This document shows, piece after piece, positions 39,899 through 49,732 of a stretch of DNA of 64,000 bases. Under the pieces are notes generated by a model, which saw nothing but the letters and a program-made list of their open reading frames with translations, was not told the origin of the DNA and searched no databases. Source of the stretch: Nitrospinota bacterium (GTDB lineage: Bacteria; Nitrospinota_A; UBA7883; JACRGQ01); the NCBI GenBank assembly GCA_016212275.1, contig JACRGR010000032.1:367-64366 (forward strand), given 5' to 3'. Every line of letters begins with the position of its first letter. Position 1 is the stretch's first letter. The position numbers and the translations under genes were made by a program.

Positions 39899-42220
39899 AT
39901 GACCATAGCCATCACCCTCACCGCGATCGCCGCATTTTTATGCAAGCTTCCCTTCCTGCGTTTTCCGATGGACGAGGACTTCGCGTTTTACACCTACGTC
40001 CCCCACTTCCGCAAAGACGGGATACGGGTAAAAAAGGATTACCTGGCGCTGTTGCCCGCGTGGCGCACCAACCTCCTGTCGCTCGTGTACGGGAACGGGG
40101 GCTGGGAAAAAGGCGTGTTCCGCATACGCCTTGCGCTCGCACTGGCGCACGCGGCCACCGCGCTGGTGGTGCTGTGGGCAGGATTCGCGCTCACCCATTC
40201 CGTTTGGGCCGCGGCGGCGGCAGGCCTTCTGTACGCCCTGTTCGGCACGGCGCCCGCCCTTTCCTGCCACACCGTGAACATGGAGCAGGTATACCTCCCC
40301 TTTGCGCTGGGCGGAATGGTGATGTTCCTCGATGGAAGCTACGAAGTCTCCGCGCTCATGTTCGGCGTCGCCGCCATTCCGAAGATCGCGTCCGGCATAT
40401 ATGTTCCCCCGCTGACGCTCCTGCTGTGGCACCGCGCCGACCTTCCCACCGCGCTGGCCTTCGCCCTCATTTCCGCCATCCCGTCCGCGATATCCCTCGC
40501 CGCCGACCTGCTGGCCGGGTACGGCGACGCCGAGAGCCGCAATCAGATCCGCACACGCCTCGCCGTCGCCGTCCGGTTGCCGAAACTGAAAACGATCTAC
40601 GGCTCCATAAGGGACGACATCCGCGCAATCGTGCATGAAACATTGCCGGTGTGGGTGATCGGAGCGCCCGCCCTGGCGTTCGTCCCCTTCACCGCGGAAG
40701 GAATGGCGCTTTCCCTCTTCATCCTCATCACGCTTTCCATGATCTGGTTTCAAGGAGGCTATTCCCGGTACCACTATCTGCCGGTGGTGGCCCTGCTATG
40801 TGTAGCCACCGCGGCGGGGTTAAGCCACGCGGGACAATTCGCCGCCGGAATAATGGCGGCGTTTGCCGCCGCGTCCCTTCTCACCGCCTTCCGGCTATTC
40901 CCCTTTTATGCGCGGCCCCTCCATCCGCGCACACTGGCGCGGTACGACAAATTCGACCAGTACCTGTACCTCCCCCGGCTGGGAAAAGCGCTTGGGCGGC
41001 TCATGAAGATGCGCAAGGAAAATGGACGCATTTTCGTGTGGGGGAACTTCACCCAGCTTTACCAGTATGCCGGGCGACCCGCGTCGGATGAGTTCATCCA
41101 TTATGCCGTCGGCCCGTGGAACGACGAACGTCTGGCGGGGTATTTCGATACCATCATCGGCGGCATAATGCGGCACCGCCCCTTGTACATAATAAAATCA
41201 TTCCCCGACTTCGATATGGAACTTGTTGGAAAGACCACCGGATTGCGATACCGCCTGCTGAAGATATGGCTGGGCCGCTTCCCCGTCTATCGGATGGTTT
41301 CAGTTACAACCCCCGCGCAAGACCCGCTCACGCTCGACTGGCGAAAAAAAATGGACTTAATGGAGCAATTGACCAAAGGGAAACATACTCCGTGCATGGT
41401 GGAAAACGGCCAGCCCCCGCGGACGGCGATTAAAGAATGCCGAAGGCTTATCCGATTAAATTACAGCGATACCGAAGGGTTGTTTCATCTGGCCCGCCTG
41501 TATGAAGAAGCGGGGATCGAGGATTCGGAACTGGCGACGCTTTTTAAGCGGTTGATTGACGAGCGGCCCGGCCAGAAAATGGCGCGGCTGGCCTTGGCGA
41601 AACTCTGTATTAAGGGGAAGGATACAGCAACCGCCGCGTTGTATATCGCGGACGAAGAGCGTTTGTTCGGCGTTAGCGCGTCCACCCTTTTTTACCGGGG
41701 GCACTTGCTGAAAGGCGCCGGAGAGCCGCAAAAGGCGGCGGAGACATTCGCCGAACTTTGCCGGCGGGAACCCCTTAATGGCGAGTACGCCTTGTACCGT
41801 GCCGAGTGCCTGCACACGGCCGGGGAATATGCCGAGGCCCGGAGATCGTTCCTGCGGGCGTGGGACATGGGCGAACAACAGGAATGGATACGCACCCGCG
41901 CCGCGCTGGGGATCGCCGCGCTGGACGCGCCGGAAAAACGGGAGCATGAAACCATCGGGGAATTTATGGCAAAGGATGCCAAGAACCTGCCGCTGGCGTA
42001 TGCGCGCGCATCGGCGCTGGAACGGGACGGGCGGGCGGAAGCGGCGCGAAAAGAATTTTCGGACATCGCGGCATCGGACGCCGCCCCCGACATCAAGGGA
42101 GCCGCGCTATTCCGCCTTGCGCGGCTTTCCGCAAACGGCGCGCGCGCGGGACTGGCCCGGCAATGCTTGAAAATACTGCCGCACCACGGCGGCGCCAGGG
42201 AGCTTTTGAAGAATGGTTAA
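39899..42220 (+). CDS. GT-C-fold (ArnT/PMT-like) membrane glycosyltransferase fused to C-terminal TPR-like repeats
   Basis: DED in first loop, multiple TM helices, IFVWG, helical repeats (GLFHLARLY, TLFYRGHLL, ALFRLARL). Confidence 0.72.
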   Translation: MTIAITLTAIAAFLCKLPFLRFPMDEDFAFYTYVPHFRKDGIRVKKDYLALLPAWRTNLLSLVYGNGGWEKGVFRIRLALALAHAATALVVLWAGFALTHSVWAAAAAGLLYALFGTAPALSCHTVNMEQVYLPFALGGMVMFLDGSYEVSALMFGVAAIPKIASGIYVPPLTLLLWHRADLPTALAFALISAIPSAISLAADLLAGYGDAESRNQIRTRLAVAVRLPKLKTIYGSIRDDIRAIVHETLPVWVIGAPALAFVPFTAEGMALSLFILITLSMIWFQGGYSRYHYLPVVALLCVATAAGLSHAGQFAAGIMAAFAAASLLTAFRLFPFYARPLHPRTLARYDKFDQYLYLPRLGKALGRLMKMRKENGRIFVWGNFTQLYQYAGRPASDEFIHYAVGPWNDERLAGYFDTIIGGIMRHRPLYIIKSFPDFDMELVGKTTGLRYRLLKIWLGRFPVYRMVSVTTPAQDPLTLDWRKKMDLMEQLTKGKHTPCMVENGQPPRTAIKECRRLIRLNYSDTEGLFHLARLYEEAGIEDSELATLFKRLIDERPGQKMARLALAKLCIKGKDTATAALYIADEERLFGVSASTLFYRGHLLKGAGEPQKAAETFAELCRREPLNGEYALYRAECLHTAGEYAEARRSFLRAWDMGEQQEWIRTRAALGIAALDAPEKREHETIGEFMAKDAKNLPLAYARASALERDGRAEAARKEFSDIAASDAAPDIKGAALFRLARLSANGARAGLARQCLKILPHHGGARELLKNG

Positions 42221-43874
42221 AAAGAAGATCGCCGTTTTCGCCACCGAGCCGGTGACGGGAAACATCGGCGGGCTGGGCATCCGCCAGCTCGAGGTGGCGC
42301 GCGAACTTCACCGCAAGGGGTTCAGTGTGCGGCTCATCACCCCGTTCCCCGTGGGGGAGCACCGCGAAAAATTCCCGGTGGAGCATATTCAGTTTTTCCA
42401 CCACCCCGCGCTGGCGGAAGAACCTCTTCGGTGGGCCGACGCGCTATACGCCAGCCAGCCGTCGCCCCATTTCCTGCGGCTGGCCCGCGACATGAACAAG
42501 CCGGTGGCGGTGGACCTTTTGGCCCTGCTGTATTTCGAGGAACTGGAGCGGCTTCCCGTGGAACAGATGGGCGCCGCGGAACAGGGGGAATATTTTTCCT
42601 CCCGCGCATGGCTGGCGCAAAACCAGCTCGCGCTCGGCGATTTCTTCCTGTGTTCCAACGAGCGCGAGCGCGACTACTACCTCGGTTGCCTCACCCAACT
42701 CGGCAAACTCCCGCCGGACGTGTACCCGCGCGACCCGCTCTTCCGCTCCATAATTGACATTGCGCCGTTCGGCATCCCCCGGCGCGCGCCCCGGCGCGGA
42801 AAAAACCGCCTGCGCGGGGTGGTGCCCGGCATCGAAAAATACGATTTCATCCTGCTGTGGGGCGGCTCGCTATGGAACTGGTACGATTGCATCACCCCGG
42901 TGAAAGCGATGACGCGCCTTTTACGAAAATGCCCAAAGGCCAAACTGGTGTTCCTTGGCACCCAGCACCCCGCCACCTCGAAACCGACCGAAGCGTACCT
43001 GGAAGTGAAACGGTACGCGGAAAAGCACAAGCTCCTTGGCAAAAACGTCTTTTTCCACTCCCAATGGGTGCCATACGGCGAACGGGACCATTTTCTCACC
43101 GAATCAGACGCGGGAGTGGCCACGTTCCGGGACCACATCGAAAACCGTTTCTCGTTCCGCATCCGCCTCACCGACTGCCTGTGGGCGAACCTGCCGATCA
43201 TCACCAACCCCGGCAATACGGTAAGCGGCCTGATAGAAGGGAAAAACCTCGGAGTCATCGTTCCGTTCGGCGACGACAAGGCGGTGGCGGACGCGGTGGC
43301 CTGGATGGCGGCCCATCCGGCGGAAATGAAAAAAATGCGCCAGCGCGTCGCGTCCGCGAAAACGGCGTTCCATTGGGACCGGGTGCTCGCGCCGCTTATG
43401 CGGTTTTTCAAAAACCCGCAAAAGCGGCTCCCCGTCTTCCACCACGCGCTGGCGCGCCTTTCGTTCACCGAATTCAACCGGCGGGACTTCAAGCGCGTGC
43501 TATTCCTTCGCTCCGCGCCCATGCCACAGTGCGCCGAAGCGTTGAAGGCGGTCAGGAGCATCGCGCCACATGCCGCCATTGACCTCGTCATCCAGCCCGG
43601 AACGGATGCGGCGGCATTGGGTGGGGGGCTGAACCTCATCCCCCTGCCGGAAAACGGCTTCAGGCCGGAACATGCCGCCCTGGTGGCCGGCAAGGAGTAC
43701 GACCTGGTGCTATGCGCTTTCAACACGAACGATATGACCTTTTACGCCAATGTCGCCGCGTTCGCCAATAACGTGGTTGCGGGGCATTACTGGGCATTCG
43801 GGCACGACGGTCATTTCATGGACATACGCCCCCTGATGTCCGGCGGTGGTATAATCCCGGCGGTAAAACCATGA
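42213..43874 (+). CDS. GT4-like glycosyltransferase with extra C-terminal ~120-aa domain
   Basis: GGLGIRQ, LWGGSLWNWYD, SFRIRLTDCLWANLPII. Confidence 0.82.
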   Translation: MVKKKIAVFATEPVTGNIGGLGIRQLEVARELHRKGFSVRLITPFPVGEHREKFPVEHIQFFHHPALAEEPLRWADALYASQPSPHFLRLARDMNKPVAVDLLALLYFEELERLPVEQMGAAEQGEYFSSRAWLAQNQLALGDFFLCSNERERDYYLGCLTQLGKLPPDVYPRDPLFRSIIDIAPFGIPRRAPRRGKNRLRGVVPGIEKYDFILLWGGSLWNWYDCITPVKAMTRLLRKCPKAKLVFLGTQHPATSKPTEAYLEVKRYAEKHKLLGKNVFFHSQWVPYGERDHFLTESDAGVATFRDHIENRFSFRIRLTDCLWANLPIITNPGNTVSGLIEGKNLGVIVPFGDDKAVADAVAWMAAHPAEMKKMRQRVASAKTAFHWDRVLAPLMRFFKNPQKRLPVFHHALARLSFTEFNRRDFKRVLFLRSAPMPQCAEALKAVRSIAPHAAIDLVIQPGTDAAALGGGLNLIPLPENGFRPEHAALVAGKEYDLVLCAFNTNDMTFYANVAAFANNVVAGHYWAFGHDGHFMDIRPLMSGGGIIPAVKP

Positions 43875-45658
43875 AGATAGTGATAGCAAACCCGCCCGGA
43901 CACTTTCCGGGCAACCGGTTCCCTTGCCCGTTCCCCAGCCGGTGGACCTCCTTGTTCAAGGATTATCCGGTATTCACCTTCTTCCCCTACGAACTTGCGT
44001 ACCTTTCGTCCCTGTTGAAACGGGAACTGCCACAGGCACAGGTGAAAATGGTGGATGGAACATGGCTCCGCTTCACCGCCGAGGAATACATCCGCTGGCT
44101 GGAATGGCAAAAGCCGGATTGGCTGGTCTTTGAGACCGATACCGTCACCTACAAGGAAACGCTCAAGGTGGCCCGCGGTATCAAGCAAAAACTCGGCACG
44201 AAAATCATCATGACGGGGCAATACCCCACCGTTTTCCCGCACAAGGTGATTGAAGACGGCGCGGACTACGCCTGCATCGGCGAATACGAGGCGACGGTGC
44301 TCGACATCCTGAAAGGGAACGACCCGGCAACCATCCCCGGCCTGTTCCCGAAATCCCACCGGAAGGTGCTGGACATTGATTGGCTCCCCGACCCGGAGGA
44401 CGACGACATCCGCAGAATTGACTACAGCTATCCCGGCGGGTGCCGGTGGACCCGCTGGCGCTCCGTGGAAGTCCACGCCGCGCGCGGGTGCCCCTATTCG
44501 TGCGACTTCTGCGTGGCGGGCACCGTGTACTACGAAAAGAACAACTGGCGGTTCCGCAAGCCGGAGCGGATCATCGGCGAGATACAGAACCTGCGGCGCA
44601 AGTACCCCGGCATCGAAGGGGTGTTCTTCAACGAGGAAACGCACATCGTCAAGAAGAAAACCATCCTGGAATTCTGTGACGCCATTATCGCGTCCGGCAA
44701 CAACGACCTGCACTTCGAGGCGATGGCCAACCACCAGCTCCTTGACGACGAAATACTGGAAGCGCTCAAGCGCGCCGGGTATTACAAACTGCGCATCGGC
44801 ATCGAAACGGTGGATCCCGGCACGGCAAAAAGCATCGGACGGAAAACAAAAGCGGACAGCCTGTACCGCCTTTTGCAAACCGCCCGGAAGCTGGGGATCG
44901 AGATGTACGGCACCTTCATCATCGGCGCGTCCGGCTCCACCCAAAAAGGGGACTTCGCCACGGTGGAGTACGGCGGCAAACTGCTGGAAGAGCGACTCCT
45001 TTCAAGCTGGCAGGCTTCCATCGCGGTGCCGCACCCCGGCACGCCGTTCCACGAAAAGGCCCGGACGAACGGGTGGCTGGCCGAGGACGATCCGGAACAA
45101 TACAACGGCATCAACGGAAGCGTGCTCAATTATCCGAACTACCCGAAAGAACAGATACGGGAGACCATCCGTGTCATGGGGGATCGTTTTGCGTGTGCCG
45201 TGCAAACGCAAGAGCGGGACACGGTGCATTCGGAAGCGGGGAAAATAACGTGGCTGTCGCCGGAAGAAAGGGACGCGGTGCGCCCCCGGATGAAAGCGCT
45301 TGCCGCGGCGTACGATGCGGGTGACGATAACGGCGCGTTGGCCCAGGCACAAGAAATCCTCGCCGAATACCCCCAGGCATTGCGGCCACGATATGTCACT
45401 GCGGCGGTAAAGGAACGGACGGGCAACAGGGAGGCCGCGCGCAAAGGGTTCGAGGAGATCATCGCCCTCGCGCGGGATTACAACGACGCGATCCAGTTCG
45501 CGGGAGGGGCGCATTTCCGCCTTGGCGGGATGGCGCGCGATGAAGGGCGCGCCGAGGACGCTTTGCGCCACTTTAAACAGTGCATGCACCTGTATCCGGC
45601 CCACGAATTGGCGCGGCGGAACTATTGGGAACTGGAAACCGGAAACGGCAAGGCATGA
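43871..45658 (+). CDS. B12-binding radical SAM protein with C-terminal TPR
   Basis: FFPYELAYL, ARGCPYSCDFC, IGIET, PHPGTPF; TPR AHFRLGGMA. Confidence 0.9.
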   Translation: MKIVIANPPGHFPGNRFPCPFPSRWTSLFKDYPVFTFFPYELAYLSSLLKRELPQAQVKMVDGTWLRFTAEEYIRWLEWQKPDWLVFETDTVTYKETLKVARGIKQKLGTKIIMTGQYPTVFPHKVIEDGADYACIGEYEATVLDILKGNDPATIPGLFPKSHRKVLDIDWLPDPEDDDIRRIDYSYPGGCRWTRWRSVEVHAARGCPYSCDFCVAGTVYYEKNNWRFRKPERIIGEIQNLRRKYPGIEGVFFNEETHIVKKKTILEFCDAIIASGNNDLHFEAMANHQLLDDEILEALKRAGYYKLRIGIETVDPGTAKSIGRKTKADSLYRLLQTARKLGIEMYGTFIIGASGSTQKGDFATVEYGGKLLEERLLSSWQASIAVPHPGTPFHEKARTNGWLAEDDPEQYNGINGSVLNYPNYPKEQIRETIRVMGDRFACAVQTQERDTVHSEAGKITWLSPEERDAVRPRMKALAAAYDAGDDNGALAQAQEILAEYPQALRPRYVTAAVKERTGNREAARKGFEEIIALARDYNDAIQFAGGAHFRLGGMARDEGRAEDALRHFKQCMHLYPAHELARRNYWELETGNGKA

Positions 45659-47013
45659 ACCTCGTCTTCTGCTCCGCGCGGGCCGAGATCGTGGAGGCGG
45701 CGGTGAAAACATTACTCCCCGATGCGATGGAAGACGCCGTCCTGTTCACCGGCCCGGACAATTCACCTCTGCGCAGGCGCTACCCCAACCGTTTTTTAAG
45801 CTGGGGAAACGGTTACTTCAATTGGTCGGCGGCGATGGAACTGTGGAGCAGGCTGGAAGGCAATGCGCCGACCCGCTCGATCCTCCCGTTGAACAACGGC
45901 GAAGGCGAAGGATACGAAAAATTGCGGGCATTCGCCCGCCTCGTGACGCGCGGCGAAACCACCGAATTCACCCCGGACGGCGGCGCACGCCCGCTGACCG
46001 GCGGCGCGCTCATGCTCATGGTCAGGCCGGAGGAGCGGTGGCACGCCGGGATCATCACCCTGCTGGAACTGGCACGCCCCCTGCTCGGTTTTTCCGGGAA
46101 AGACGTTCCCGCCGCCATGCCGTGCGCCGTCACGGAATGCGCCACGGTCAGGGAGATGGAAACAGCGCCGGACATTTCGGTGGTCATCCGCGCCTTCAAC
46201 GAAAAAGAACTGCTGGAAAAAACGCTCTCGATGGTGATGGCCCAGGAAGGGGTGCGCGCCGAGACCATCCTCATCGATTCGGGATCCACCGATGGCACGA
46301 TGGAGATAGCAAAGAAATTTCCCGTGAGGATATTTTCCATCCCCAAAAACTCGTTCAGCTACGGCGCGGCGCTCAACCTCGGCGCGCGGCTGGCGCGCGG
46401 CAAGACTGTGGTGAACCTGAGCGCCCACGCCGTCCCCGCGGACATCCGTTGGTTGAAAGAGCTTACCGCGCCGCTGGCAGATGCGCGCATCGCGGCGGTG
46501 TACGGACGCGAACTGCCGATGGAGAGGCGGTGCGGCCACTTCGAGCGCAAGATACTTGCCGATTCGTTCGGGGAAACACCGAACGAAAGCTCGTCGAACC
46601 CGTTTTTCTCCAATGCCAATTCCGCCGTCCTGAAAAAACTCCTTATCGAACTGCCGTTCGACGAACAGGCGGGCTGGGCCGAAGACCAGATATGGGCGTA
46701 CGGGGTACAAAAGCGCGGCATGACCATCCGCTACCAGCCCGCCGCCGCCGTCCACCATTCGCACAACCTTTCGATGGCGGGAAACTTCGCCCGCTGTTAC
46801 AAATACCACCGCGCGATGTTCGGCGGAGCGTGGCAAGGGAAAGAAAGGGAAGTACAAAAGGCGTTCCGCGCCCGGTTGGCGCGCCGGAGCCTTTCCTTCC
46901 GCAGATTCCTGTGCGCAAATCGGCTGATGGGGACTATGGGGGCCGCGTTCTACGCGCCCTACTGCGAATTTGTGAACTACCTCGGATGCCGGGAAGCCGC
47001 GAACGGACAATAG
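45655..47013 (+). CDS. GT2 glycosyltransferase (rhamnosyltransferase-like) with extra N-terminal ~115-aa domain
   Basis: ISVVIRAFNE, IDSGSTDGT, FSYGAALNLG, FSNANSA, AED, HSH; ATGA overlap at 45655. Confidence 0.88.
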   Translation: MNLVFCSARAEIVEAAVKTLLPDAMEDAVLFTGPDNSPLRRRYPNRFLSWGNGYFNWSAAMELWSRLEGNAPTRSILPLNNGEGEGYEKLRAFARLVTRGETTEFTPDGGARPLTGGALMLMVRPEERWHAGIITLLELARPLLGFSGKDVPAAMPCAVTECATVREMETAPDISVVIRAFNEKELLEKTLSMVMAQEGVRAETILIDSGSTDGTMEIAKKFPVRIFSIPKNSFSYGAALNLGARLARGKTVVNLSAHAVPADIRWLKELTAPLADARIAAVYGRELPMERRCGHFERKILADSFGETPNESSSNPFFSNANSAVLKKLLIELPFDEQAGWAEDQIWAYGVQKRGMTIRYQPAAAVHHSHNLSMAGNFARCYKYHRAMFGGAWQGKEREVQKAFRARLARRSLSFRRFLCANRLMGTMGAAFYAPYCEFVNYLGCREAANGQ

Positions 47014-47015
47014 AA

Positions 47016-48557
47016 ATGAGATCCACCCGCACCGCGGATGACGACTGGAAAGAACGGGCCGTCCACGTCTCCTCCGGTCCCGCGTATCTGACCGTCCTCT
47101 CCACCGGAAGGTGCAACCTCGCCTGCTTCATGTGCAGTCACAGTTTCATCAAGGAAACGCCGGTCGTGTTTACCGTGAATATGCTCACACCGTGGCTGAA
47201 GAACGCCCGGCGCGTGTTTCTGGCGGGCGGGGAACCCTTGTGGATGACCGATGCCGTGAACCGCGCGGCAAAGGAGATATTCGAATGCCTTGTGCGCGAC
47301 CACCCGAACGTAAAGATCAACGCCTATACCAACGGCGTCCTTCTGGACGAACGGATGGCGGAGATGGTCATGGAGCGGTTCGAGACCATCCAGTTCTCGG
47401 TGGATTCTGTAAACCCGGCGGTGTACGCGAAAGTGCGCGGCAGGCCGCTTTTGACGACGGTGCTGGAGAACATGGAACGGCTGGCGGAGATGAAACGCAA
47501 ACGCGGGCTTGCCTCCGCCGACCATCCGCACATCAACATGAATACCATCGTCATGCGCTCCACGGTGAAAGGATTGCCCGATGTGGCGCAAATGCTGGCG
47601 CGTCTGGGAGGAAACAAACACTGCCTCGTGAAACTGCGCGACACAATCGGCCATGATCACGCGAAGATGGCGGCGGACATGCTGAAGGAAAACCGCATGC
47701 CGGATACCCCGGAAAACCGCGCGGCGGCGCTCAAAACGATAGCCGCGAACCAAGCGGCGATACTGGAGGAAATTTATCCGGCGGAGACGGTGCCACCCGC
47801 GGTCGCTGAACGCCTGAACGGGATATATGCCGCGAACGGTATCACGGTGGAAGACCAGGGATATTTCCTCGGCGGCGGAGTGGCGAAACCTCTTCCCTCC
47901 GGGGCCGATGCGGTCTGCTCCGCCCCGTGGGTAACGGCCGACATCCGCGAGGACGGCAACGTGTACTGCTGTTGCGCCCACACCGAAATACTGGGAAACG
48001 TGAAAGAGCGGAGCTTCGACGAGATTTGGAACGGCCCGAAGATTAAAGCCATCCGCGCGGCGTTCATCCGGGGCGAAATGAAGGGGTGCATCCAGAGCGG
48101 GTGCCCTTCCGTGTTCGACTACTTCAAGGTGGGGCCGCAATCATACTCTTCCCTCCTGCTGGACAACCTTTTGCGGGAATGGGACGGCACGAAACCGCCA
48201 AGTTCGATCATAATGTTGCGGAGCGCGCCCGACTACCAGTCGCATCTGGTCGCGCGCACTTTGCTGAGGGCGTTTCCCGGAGCGCGGCTGACGGTGGTCA
48301 CGAATCAAGCGGGAGAAGCTTCCTGCCGGGCTTGGGGCGTCGAAAACATGGCGGTACTCGCCTACCCCGGCGCCACCTTCACGCCGGAAGAGTTTTCCCG
48401 GTGGTGGCGACCGCCGAATGGCGATCATTCCCTCGCGGCGCTTTTGTACAACCGTGAGGATCACACCGGTTATGGAAGCGTGGAAGAAGTCTTGCGTTCT
48501 ATCGGCGCGGGCCGCGCCCTCGGCATCGCGCCGGGCGGCGCCCTCACCCGCCTTTAG
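47016..48557 (+). CDS. Radical SAM/SPASM(Twitch) protein with extra C-terminal ~120-aa domain
   Basis: CNLACFMC, GGEP, YTNG, CSAPW, DGNVYCCC, SFDEIWNG; start trimmed to ATG 47016. Confidence 0.88.
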   Translation: MRSTRTADDDWKERAVHVSSGPAYLTVLSTGRCNLACFMCSHSFIKETPVVFTVNMLTPWLKNARRVFLAGGEPLWMTDAVNRAAKEIFECLVRDHPNVKINAYTNGVLLDERMAEMVMERFETIQFSVDSVNPAVYAKVRGRPLLTTVLENMERLAEMKRKRGLASADHPHINMNTIVMRSTVKGLPDVAQMLARLGGNKHCLVKLRDTIGHDHAKMAADMLKENRMPDTPENRAAALKTIAANQAAILEEIYPAETVPPAVAERLNGIYAANGITVEDQGYFLGGGVAKPLPSGADAVCSAPWVTADIREDGNVYCCCAHTEILGNVKERSFDEIWNGPKIKAIRAAFIRGEMKGCIQSGCPSVFDYFKVGPQSYSSLLLDNLLREWDGTKPPSSIIMLRSAPDYQSHLVARTLLRAFPGARLTVVTNQAGEASCRAWGVENMAVLAYPGATFTPEEFSRWWRPPNGDHSLAALLYNREDHTGYGSVEEVLRSIGAGRALGIAPGGALTRL

Positions 48558-49732
48558 CGGTTTTTCAGGAACGTCTCGAACTCGCGGCGCACGGAGGCCG
48601 CCAGCGTTTTATCCGCGAACAGTTTGCATACCGTGGCGGCAAGCGCGGTGGTTGCCTTTAGCAGGGCATCCTCGCCGCGTTTTGAGACCACCGCCTTCAA
48701 AAATTCGCGCGAGTGGTTCACGATATGCGGATCGCTCACCGCGAACTCCGGGTGCAGGCACGGCACGACCTGCGAGAGGTTGCCGATGTCGGAAGAGCCT
48801 ATTTCCTCGTTCTCCGGGATGCCCGCGTCCTTCAGCCCCAGCGCTTCGGCGTACGGACGGAACACCTTGCCCAGCGTCCGGTTCGGCTCGAACGGCTGGT
48901 ACACCAGCGGGTTTTTCACGACTTTCAGTTTGCACCCGGTGGCGCGCGCGGACGCTTTCGCGCAGTCCGTCACTTTCGCCAGCATGTAGCGGAAATCCGC
49001 CATCGTGATGCCGCGCACGAAGAACTTCGCCGACGCGAACTCCGGGATGATGTTCGGCGCGTCGCCGCCGTGCGTCACAATGCCGTGTACCCTGCTGAAA
49101 TTCGGCGTCTGCTGGCGCAGGGCGTTGATGGAATTGAACAGCATGATCACCGCGTCCAGCGCGTTTATCCCCAGTTCCGGGTGCGCGGCGGCGTGCGACG
49201 CCTTGCCGTAATACTTGAACTCTATCTCCATTACCGCCAGCATCCGGGCAACGGTGCGGGTGTGGTTCGCCGGATGAACCATCAGAGCGGCGTCCACCCC
49301 TTTGAACCATCCTTCCTTTATCATCATCAGTTTGCCGCCGCCCCCTTCCTCGGCGGGCGTGCCTACCACCTTCAGGGTGCCGCAGTTTTTCCCCAACAAA
49401 CGCCGCACGGCGACCGCCGCGCCGAACGAGGCCGCGGCGATCATGTTGTGCCCGCAGGCATGGCCGATGTTTGGGAGCGCGTCGTATTCCGACAGGATGG
49501 CGACGACCGGCCCCTTGCGCGATCCGCGCCACGTCGCGTCGAACGCCGTTTTCAGCTTCCCCGCCCCGGCCCGCACCGCAAACCCTTCCTCCGCAAGCGC
49601 GGAGGAAATGTGCCCGGCGGCGAACCGCTCGTTGAAGTTCAGTTCCGGCCTTTCGAAGATGCACCGGTTCATTTCGATGATGCGGGGGGCCAGGTCCCGC
49701 ACCGCCTTTTTCGCTTCCGATAAATGCTTCAT
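48554..49732 (-). CDS. M20 family amidohydrolase (PM20D2/AbgB-like)
   Basis: EYDALP, HACGHN, GTPAEEGGGGK, GKASHAA, GSSDIGN. Confidence 0.92.
   Translation of the reverse strand: MKHLSEAKKAVRDLAPRIIEMNRCIFERPELNFNERFAAGHISSALAEEGFAVRAGAGKLKTAFDATWRGSRKGPVVAILSEYDALPNIGHACGHNMIAAASFGAAVAVRRLLGKNCGTLKVVGTPAEEGGGGKLMMIKEGWFKGVDAALMVHPANHTRTVARMLAVMEIEFKYYGKASHAAAHPELGINALDAVIMLFNSINALRQQTPNFSRVHGIVTHGGDAPNIIPEFASAKFFVRGITMADFRYMLAKVTDCAKASARATGCKLKVVKNPLVYQPFEPNRTLGKVFRPYAEALGLKDAGIPENEEIGSSDIGNLSQVVPCLHPEFAVSDPHIVNHSREFLKAVVSKRGEDALLKATTALAATVCKLFADKTLAASVRREFETFLKNR

Noticed and set aside
45522-48557. 1011-aa ORF suggesting a giant radical SAM fusion
   Set aside because: The first ~500 aa are an Arg-rich alternative frame over the GT2 gene; the real protein begins at ATG 47016 just after the GT2 stop
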